Origin: Craspedostauros australis
Taxonomy: Eukaryota
Length of the DNA stretch: 60,252 nucleotides
Direction: 5' to 3'
Assembly: GCA_030167865.1 (NCBI GenBank)
Contig: JALAGF010006574.1
Coordinates: 1-60,252 of the forward strand
How positions within the stretch are numbered: the stretch's first letter is position 1; every line of letters begins with the position of its first letter. Under the pieces are notes generated by a model. It worked only from the letters and a program-made list of their open reading frames with translations. It was not told the DNA's origin and did no database searches. The translations under genes and the position numbers were made by a program. Positions 56,088 through 60,252 of this stretch are shown piece by piece.

Positions 56088-57301
56088 GCTGTCCGCTCTA
56101 TGTTCTATATTCTGTTCTGTGTTGAGCTGCGTGTTGAGCTGTGCTCTTTGTTCTATGATGTGGATGATGTGGACGATGGCCACCACTGAAGCAATCAAAG
56201 GCCGAACGCTTCTTCTCTCGCAGCGCTTCCTGGCACGATCTTTTGCTGCTTTGTCTCCAATTGAACCACCAACTTCACCACAAACTGGACCACCAATTCA
56301 GCCTCAACTTTCAATCGACAATCCGTTCTGATCCAGCGCAAGGCACGCTCCGACGTCAACAGAGTCTCAATGGGCAGGTATGCTGGCAAATATAATCGTG
56401 GCTGAGTGTATAGTAGCGGCGAAGCCAACCATCCCAACACTAACTGTAGTGACAGTATCGAAGAGGAACACTTCACACACTTCCCGATGTGCTCCTTGCT
56501 CAACAACACATTCACACGATTCTCCATCACTCGCCGCAGTTTTCGCCATGGTCAGTTCTTCTCATCGTTTTCAAATAACGGCTATGCGCCTTAATTGGCG
56601 TGACATTGGAGGACACACAGGGCAAACGGGTCGTGTTGACATGTGAACGTTGAGGAAACGTTTGAAGACGTTAACTTGGAACAACAACGAGACAATCGAT
56701 TCGCTCTGGCTACTACAACAGATGTAGAGCGGCTGCATGTGACACTCTCGCAGCGAAGTGGGTCACGAAGTTCGCGTCACAGACACATGTACTAATCAAC
56801 AACCAAGAGACACAAAGAATAGTCAAATGAAACAACTATCCATTCCTCTCTTCTCTTCTCTCCTTTCCAGCTTCGACTTGTATCCTCTGATCCGGTCTGA
56901 TTGTTTCCAATTCCTTGACAAATGACATGCTCGCATGGAAGGTCAAGGGCCACGCAAACTACCATGCCTTGCAGGTGGAAGATGCACCATTACACAGTGA
57001 ATGATTGGAAGAAAGCAATTGACACACCCTACTCTCTCTACGGAGAGCTGAGTCTTGATGGGTGCGACGCTCATGTACGACTACTCTACTTCCATTGCGA
57101 CCACGAGGAAGACGAGTCTCCGTGATGATTGTATTTGCATTTGTATTCTGTTCTATTCTATTAGTATAGTATCTCAATACAGTGCATGGCAATTTAGTGT
57201 TGCGAACCACTCTTTGTGACTGCCGTTGCCTCTCTTTTGTCTTGGGGCTGCTTCTAGCGATTCTATTCAGATCAGTCGGCCGCGTAGTCAACAGATGGGA
57301 C

Positions 57302-58249
57302 CTACGTGGGACAGTTTCCCACCTCGATCTGTTGACTCATGCGGCGCAAGGCGGTACCGAAACTCGAAACGGAGCCGCCCTGAACGATGGACGCGCTGGC
57401 GAGCACCCTTCTTCCTGGATAGTGCTGCACCATGGCATGGTAGCAACGGCTTACGTCGATCTCAAAGTTCTGGGAAAATGTCTCTCCGTTGTTGATCCTG
57501 CGATTGAGCACAATGATAGGATCGGGTCCCTGCTCCACAAAGAGGGCCCTGAGCCAGTGCCTCATTGCCATCCGACCTCCGACCACGTTGAAGGTGACCG
57601 TTTCGCACTTGCCCACGTAGACGATGGTTTCGCCGCGGAGCTTGGGCGTGCTGTCACGCGCGCTCATCATGGTGAAGCCGTTGTTCACGACGTCGAATCC
57701 ATAGGCGTCGGAATAGGATCCGTCTTTGCCAGTATCGACGAACGTGAGCTTGTAGCATTTGTCAGCATCGAGGCATTCGTTGTAATCGAAGGTGGACCCG
57801 GGTTGTCCGCCCTTCTGCGCAAAGATGAGGTCACCAACCCCGTTTTCGGTTCTTTCTTGGATCTTCCCATCGAACCCGCGACCGTTGGCGTCTGTTGAGA
57901 CTGTCACGCGGAGATCACTCCCTGTTTCAGCATCGCAATTCTCTTGGTTTTCTTCGACGAGCAGACGCTCATCATGATTGGCATCCACATGCCCATGATG
58001 GCCTCTGAGGAGCCCACGTTGGCGGTGCTCGTCACCTTCGTCCTCACGGTCCGAGGTCGAGGCTGTGATCGGAATGCGAGGCTCGACGACGTGGATATCC
58101 ACCATGTTTTCGATAACGGACTTGATCTCAGCATCGGCATCGGCATCGAGCTGGCCGAGGTTGAGGTGTGTTGCGTCTTTGTTGGCAAGTGCAGCTGGTA
58201 GGAATGCCGCGGCAAAGATGGTGGCGGATGTGAAGAAGGAGAACTTCAT
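57302..58249 (-). CDS. Secreted protein with RxL-type propeptide and two beta-rich Cys-containing repeats
   Basis: Signal peptide MKFSFFTSATIFAAAFLPAALA; QRGLLRG and ERLL; LRVTVSTD...CL...CYKLTFVD.GKDG followed by a degenerate second unit. Confidence 0.8.
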   Translation of the reverse strand: MKFSFFTSATIFAAAFLPAALANKDATHLNLGQLDADADAEIKSVIENMVDIHVVEPRIPITASTSDREDEGDEHRQRGLLRGHHGHVDANHDERLLVEENQENCDAETGSDLRVTVSTDANGRGFDGKIQERTENGVGDLIFAQKGGQPGSTFDYNECLDADKCYKLTFVDTGKDGSYSDAYGFDVVNNGFTMMSARDSTPKLRGETIVYVGKCETVTFNVVGGRMAMRHWLRALFVEQGPDPIIVLNRRINNGETFSQNFEIDVSRCYHAMVQHYPGRRVLASASIVQGGSVSSFGTALRRMSQQIEVGNCPT

Positions 58250-59197
58250 GTTGGCGTTGATAGTGCGTTGATGGTTCGTTGATGGTTCGTTGGTTGTTGT
58301 TGTTGTTGTTGTTGTTGATCGATCCTATTGTTTGGATTGAGATTTTGTGAGAGGTTGAGGATGAGCCAAGAGGGTCTTGATCTTGATTTCCCTCGCAGAA
58401 GAAGAGATGCACTGATGCGATCGCGTGTATGACTATCGTTCCAACTGCGTGTGCAAGTATGTGCGTGTACCATACTCATACATCTGTGAATAGTCACTCC
58501 CCGGTATTCCGTAGACTGCAGCAGCAAAGGGTATTTCGCATCCACAATCGCTTGTGCAATAGCACCGAGTAGAGCGTTTGTGTGTGAATGAGTATCGTGC
58601 CTGTGTCTGTAATAGAACAGTTGTTGTAGCGGTTTGATTGTGGAGCGAAAGATTGGGTGTGAATCGACGCGAGTGACTCAAGAGGTGGGTGGTTTTGGCT
58701 CACGTGAAGAGATTGCGGGTGGGATGAGACACACATCGCCGGAATGGGGTCCGAAAAACGCACAACGCAGCTTCGTGGTTTGCGTTTATTGGCGTTCCTC
58801 ACTGTCATGCAACATTCCGACTTCTCTGTTTTTGTTCGGTGTGACATCCGTGCAGTATTCGCTTGTTCCCATGGGCGTATGTCATGTACCGTGCATCTCT
58901 GTCCCTTGCGACATTCACATGCGATCTGGATGACTGCATTGACCGCATGGTCATCATCATTCAGTTCACGCTTGACATCCGCAACACGCCACAGAACAAT
59001 CCTCGCTTCGTGACGCACCTCACATGTTGGTGCTCACCAAGATCCAACAGGAGGTGCGGCAATCCAGTGTTTCACAACATCCGATTCCTGACACAATCCT
59101 CCTGCGCCACTCTGCTCTACTCTAGTCTGCTCCATCCCACTCTGATCCATTCTTTTGCTCATTCCAACAACAACAACAACATCATCGAGAGCGATGG

Positions 59198-59262
59198 AGA
59201 CACAGACACAGACACAGATAGAGACACAGATAGAGACACAGATAGAGACAGAGACAGAGACA
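59198..59262. repeat. Compound microsatellite (GACACA / GATAGAGACACA / GACAGA)
   Basis: Directly visible tandem units. Confidence 0.9.
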
Positions 59263-59973
59263 AAGGCACCAAGACAACGGAAGCAACAACAGTTGTCTGT
59301 CTCGTGGAATCTGCAACGCAGAGTGCTTGCCCACCTGTCGGTCATTACGGTGACGGCACACATGCGCATTGGATCATGGGTGCCATGCCCTCCATGCAAG
59401 TTGTGACACAAGTCGTCGTACTTTAGTTCCCAGCGCACAGTAAGATGTAGTATCATGAAGGAATTGTAGACAGAGCACATGGCGAGTGCAAATCATCCAT
59501 CTCTCGGTCGGGTACCAGTCAGTCATTTCACGATGCAATAAGATGAGCTTTCGAGCACCACGGAGGAGATTGAAAATGACACGATGTCACCATGTCACAA
59601 TCTGGGTACAAGTACGCAGGCAAGTGTGTGAGAGAGAGAGGGTTGGTGGAGAAGGCGGAGCAGGTGAATTTGGCTGAATCATGAGCATCTGTCTCATTGA
59701 ATGTCTGTCTATCTTGACTGTCTGCTTGCTTTGCACCTTTGCGATGGTCAAATCGATTGTCTGTCTGTTCCAAGTTGATGTTCTGAAACCTGCGGCAATA
59801 ATGACAATACTGAAAATAAACGTGATCCCAAAGTTTCCAAACACAAATCGAACACCAACCAGTCGTTGCTTGTTTCACAAAGATCCAACAACAACAACAA
59901 CGATGTGTCATTCTGCGAACGTCACATCACGTCATATCCCTAATGATTTTGGCCTGGTACTGGCCTACGTACC

Positions 59974-60046
59974 TTGCGTCCGGACGCAAATTGGAGGTGC
60001 AGTTTGCGTCCCCACGCAAATTGGGCCAATTTGCGTCCGGACGCAA
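59974..60046. repeat. Array of palindromic TTGCGTCCGGACGCAA units running into an N gap
   Basis: Units at 59974, 60004 (variant) and 60031. Confidence 0.9.
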
Positions 60047-60252
60047 NNNNNNNNNNNNNNNNNNNGCCCAAATACGCTTTACGAGAAGCCGTTTTTTTTT
60101 CAAACCCTTTTTCGCTGGCCATCTCGACTCACGACATGACTCATGTCTTACATCGATAATAATCGCTACAGTTGCGGTAATTGAACAAACAATAATCATG
60201 ATTCGTGCTCCACCCTCCTTGTTGTGTTACACCCTTGCCAGGATTTTGGTGT

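Noticed and set aside
59974..60046. CRISPR array
   Set aside because: Eukaryotic context, spacers only about 11-14 bp, and no cas genes.

Overview
Eukaryotic nuclear DNA, most likely a diatom. Evidence: a CoDi-type Ty1/copia element, xxA-F bipartite plastid presequences, a DUF6824 protein, type II LRR proteins and short GT-AG introns. The window starts inside a copia retrotransposon whose gag and pol lie in one frame, separated by a single TGA followed by a strong stem-loop. A gene-dense block follows (4.4-27 kb): secreted CIA30-like protein, LRR receptor-like protein, cyclin L-like, CID/RPRD1, a Cys-motif plastid protein, mitochondrial HslV, ABC1 kinase, DUF6824, syntaxin-16, FkbM methyltransferase and a spliced PLAC8-PrsW protease fusion. 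A decaying block (27.7-37.6 kb) has two direct copies of an ankyrin-coiled-coil-BTB gene, with near-identical repeat scaffolds but hypervariable binding positions, bracketing a Ser/Arg-rich pseudogene. The rest holds a PLAC8 gene, another ankyrin gene, TE relics (an inverted-repeat element and a piggyBac-like fragment), a large secreted Cys-rich/PS-repeat protein, a Sec6-like protein, a stand-alone HAD_SAK_2 protein, a large low-complexity membrane protein and a secreted protein. Best leads: the DARPin-like hypervariable ANK-BTB pair, the gag-pol readthrough signal and the PLAC8-PrsW fusion. All family calls are by-eye motif recognition; no searches were run.
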